Shown: piece by piece, positions 61,749 through 64,000 of the stretch
Layout: each line of letters opens with the position of its first letter
Position numbering within the stretch: position 1 is the stretch's first letter
Virus record (IMG/VR): IMGVR_UViG_3300021400_000134
Direction: 5' to 3' (one strand)
Source: a virus
Lineage: Duplodnaviria; Caudoviricetes
DNA: 64,000 nucleotides
Translations under genes and position numbers: made by a program
Notes under the pieces: generated by a model
What the model saw: the letters and a program-made list of their open reading frames with translations, nothing else
What the model was told of the DNA's origin: nothing
Databases searched by the model: none

Positions 61749-62225
61749 ATGGCACAAATACAATATTTAAAAAAGAATGGGGAATTAATATATCCTCATA
61801 TTTCAGTTGACCAAATATACCCAGTGGGGAGTATTTATATGAGCATAAATAACGCGAATCCTGAAGACCTTTTTGGTGGAACATGGGAACAGATCCAGGG
61901 AAGATTTTTACTTGCAGCTGGTGGTGGTTATAATGCCGGTGCAACTGGAGGAGAAGCTAATCATACGTTAACCTCTAACGAAATGCCAAGTCATTATCAC
62001 TCTTTTCAATGGTCTGCTTCTAATTCTGAATATGATGCTGGAGTTAGTGGTAGTACAAATCCTTGAAATTTTGGTAATTTAACAGATGAAGGACATTCTG
62101 TTATGGTACACTGAACATATAATGGTAGTGAAAGGCAGGGTAATACCAGCAGCACCGGCGGAGGCGCAGCACATAACAATATGCCACCATATTTAGTAGT
62201 ATATGTTTGAAAAAGAACAGCTTAA
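61749..62225 (+). CDS. Short collar-domain fibre (158 aa, code 4)
   Basis: MAQIQYLKKNGELIYP N-terminus like 59530, plus YPVGSIYMS...GGTWEQIQGRFLL...HNNMPPYLVVYVWKRTA like 56805. Confidence 0.8.
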
Positions 62226-62331
62226 TTAATAAGATCGAGGAAATACTAGATGAGCTTTTGTCTTTAAAATTGCTGATGGATCAGTGGATGCACATATTGA
62301 TTAAAATAAAATATAATAGTAGATTTAATTT

Positions 62332-62377
62332 GGACAGGTTTATATAATTTTGCCTGCCCATTTTTTATTTATAATGT
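62332..62377 (+). promoter_or_regulatory. Putative late-promoter motif, copy 7
   Basis: GGACA-N8-TAA-N18-TATTTATAATGT; overlaps an imperfect hairpin and T run. Confidence 0.5.
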
Positions 62378-62434
62378 ACCGAGGGAAGGTACTCAATAGA
62401 AAAGTTTTACTAATAATGGAAAGGAAGTAAAGTT

Positions 62435-62815
62435 ATGATGAATTATTCAGGATACCCTGCTCCAACGTATCCAACTTATGGAGCAATGGGTCAACAACAA
62501 CTTTATACCCAGAGACAAGAAGTGGTTAGGGTCAATGGGCGAAATGGTGCAAATGCTTATCAAATGGCGCCAAATAGTAGTATACTACTTTTAGATGAGA
62601 CTGCACCAATTATTTGGTTAAAAACAACAGACGGAGCATCATATCCAACAGTAACTGGATATACGATTACTCCAATTGAAACTCAAGCAACAACTACGGC
62701 GAGTGTAGATTATTCAGCTTTAGAAGAAAGAATATCAAAATTAGAAGAGGCATTCAATGCAAGGAAATCCGATGCTTCAGATTCTAAACCAATCAAGACC
62801 ATTAATAAACAATAA
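62435..62815 (+). CDS. Hypothetical protein with Tyr/Pro/Gln-rich N-terminus (126 aa)
   Basis: Intact ORF with SD; short C-terminal coiled coil (LEERISKLEE). Confidence 0.75.
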   Translation: MMNYSGYPAPTYPTYGAMGQQQLYTQRQEVVRVNGRNGANAYQMAPNSSILLLDETAPIIWLKTTDGASYPTVTGYTITPIETQATTTASVDYSALEERISKLEEAFNARKSDASDSKPIKTINKQ

Positions 62816-62996
62816 TATGGTCTCAATGATAAAAAACTCGCCTAATCCTCAAGTTTTGCTAAATAATTTATTGGCGCAAAATCCTAAAGTATCTGGATTA
62901 ATAAATCAATATGGCGGTGATGCAAGAACCGCTTTTTATGCGCTTGCGCAACAAAAGGGGGTAGACCCTAATTCAATATTAGACATGTTAAAATAA
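62757..62996 (+). CDS. Gln/Asn/Met-rich hypothetical protein (79 aa)
   Basis: SD gagg; overlaps the upstream gene; NPMLQ...AQQKGVDP. Confidence 0.7.
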   Translation: MQGNPMLQILNQSRPLINNNMVSMIKNSPNPQVLLNNLLAQNPKVSGLINQYGGDARTAFYALAQQKGVDPNSILDMLK

Positions 62997-63001
62997 GTCA
63001 A

Positions 63002-63043
63002 CCTAATTAGTAAGACTTAACTATTGAATTACTAATTAGGAGG
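63002..63043 (+). promoter_or_regulatory. 12-bp hairpin overlapping the SD of the 63051 gene
   Basis: cctaattagtaa (63002-63013) / ttactaattagg (63029-63040); SD aggagg at 63038-63043. Confidence 0.5.
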
Positions 63044-63050
63044 ATTTAAA

Positions 63051-63716
63051 ATGGAAAATGGAAGTTTATCAGCTAGTGATGTTGCTTTACTCAGTGATCG
63101 CAATGGTTATGGTGACATGTGGGGCGGCAATTCCATGATGTGGATTTTTGCTTTATTGATTCTTGCTGGTGGCGGCTTTAATGGTTGGGGTAACAACGGC
63201 TTCGCTAACGCAATCGGTTATGAAAACTTGGCAACACAATCACAAGTAGATCGTGGTTTTGATACCCAGAATATGATGGCAAATCAAAGAGAAACTCTTG
63301 CTGCTGTCAATGCTGGAACCGCACAAGCAGTAGCCGCAACTAATCAGACATTCCATGACACAGTTAATGCTTTAAGTGATAAATATAGTGAACTTGCTAG
63401 AGATATCAGTGGCTTAGCTGTTGGTCAGGCTAATTTGTTAGCAAAAGAAAATGAATGTTGCTGCCAGACACTTCGCGCAATTGATGGTGTAAATTATGCG
63501 AATGCTTTAAATACAGCTGCAATTAATGAAAACACAACTGCGCAGACTCAGAAAATCCTAGATGCTATTACTGGTAATCGTATGGCTGACATGCAAAATC
63601 AAATTAACCAATTACAGCTTCAGCAAGCTGTTGCTGGTGTAGTTCGCTACCCAAGTGCTAGCACTTATTACGCAGGAACAAATCCGTTCTGCGCTTGCGG
63701 TGGAGCAACACTTTAA
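63051..63716 (+). CDS. Hypothetical protein: hydrophobic helix, Gly-rich segment, CCC motif, coiled coil (221 aa)
   Basis: MMWIFALLILAGGGFNGWG, ENECCCQT, MQNQINQLQLQQ and C-terminal FCACGG. Confidence 0.8.
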   Translation: MENGSLSASDVALLSDRNGYGDMWGGNSMMWIFALLILAGGGFNGWGNNGFANAIGYENLATQSQVDRGFDTQNMMANQRETLAAVNAGTAQAVAATNQTFHDTVNALSDKYSELARDISGLAVGQANLLAKENECCCQTLRAIDGVNYANALNTAAINENTTAQTQKILDAITGNRMADMQNQINQLQLQQAVAGVVRYPSASTYYAGTNPFCACGGATL

Positions 63717-63726
63717 TATGTAAATG

Positions 63727-63760
63727 AAGGGCGACTATTTAAGTTGCCCTTTTTATTTTT
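63727..63760 (+). terminator. Intrinsic terminator
   Basis: aagggcgact / agttgccctt followed by a T run. Confidence 0.75.
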
Positions 63761-63794
63761 AATCAAAAGGGAAAAGTTTAGGAGGAATGATTAA

Positions 63795-64000
63795 ATGTTA
63801 GAAGTATATTCTAAAAATGTAACAGTTGCGGAAAATGGAATAATTCCACTAACTACCGTAGCTTTAGTTAAAGGAACAAGCACTCAATTATTAGGCACAT
63901 CTACAATTCAGTTTAACAAATGCGGAATTTATGAAGTTACAGTATCTGGTAGTGTAACTGGAAGTGCGGCCGGAGAGATTGTAATCCAGCTTGAGAAAAA
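63795..64000 (+). CDS. BclA-C/C1q-like beta-domain protein (3' truncated by window)
   Basis: SD aggagg; MLEVYSKNVTVAENGIIPL...TIQFNKCGIYEVTVSGSV matches the G.Y.V pattern of BclA-C-like domains. Confidence 0.55.
   Translation, partial: MLEVYSKNVTVAENGIIPLTTVALVKGTSTQLLGTSTIQFNKCGIYEVTVSGSVTGSAAGEIVIQLEK

Noticed and set aside
218-61944. All minus-strand ORFs in the track and short alternate-frame plus ORFs (e.g. 7131, 29306, 30029, 38670, 46258, 48716, 49028, 49439, 50240, 60569, 61184)
   Set aside because: They overlap long code-4 genes in another frame and have no recognisable motifs; they are shadow ORFs.
3045-62225. Mass pseudogenisation (decayed prophage) or sequencing errors as the cause of fragmented ORFs
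   Set aside because: In the gaps I translated, every break is TGA, never TAA/TAG or a frameshift, and many align with TGG in paralogous repeats.
3045-62225. TGA as Gly (code 25) or selenocysteine
   Set aside because: Aligned repeat and paralog positions carry TGG, and the motif contexts (KYGW, LYAQW, GGTW) require Trp.
56805-62225. Diversity-generating retroelement or invertible shufflon
   Set aside because: No reverse transcriptase or recombinase in the window, all copies are co-oriented, and paralog differences are not adenine-specific.
62233-62304. Possible gene-end remnant (DRGNTRWAFVFKIADGSVDAHID-stop)
   Set aside because: Too short, no start codon or SD, and no paralog in the window to support it.

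Overview
The window is the virion-morphogenesis (late) region of a large, AT-rich tailed phage. It is probably a long-tailed siphovirus (no sheath gene seen) of a Bacillota host, judging from AGGAGG SD sites and sigmaA-type promoters. All real genes are on the + strand. The key to reading it is that TGA encodes Trp (genetic code 4), so the supplied ORF track is fragmented. Re-reading with TGA=W joins the fragments into about 44 tightly packed genes ending in TAA/TAG. Gene order: scaffold, capsid, head-tail connectors, tail tube, a 2836-aa tape measure, tail tip/baseplate proteins, and about 33 kb of fibre/adhesin genes. The window ends in an uncharacterised Gln/Cys-rich plus BclA-like gene cluster. 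Main oddities: (1) a poly-Gly-flanked Hint domain ending HN-K inside the tape measure, which predicts self-cleavage rather than splicing; (2) TGA is absent from high-copy structural genes; (3) a 2640-aa protein with a CotH-like kinase; (4) a GIY-YIG endonuclease that took over a fibre gene's start and left an ATC-initiated copy; (5) a seven-copy putative late-promoter motif; (6) a candidate structured RNA behind a perfect sigmaA promoter; (7) a tandemly duplicated four-gene receptor-binding cassette. Product names come from motif recognition and synteny by eye. No database searches were run.
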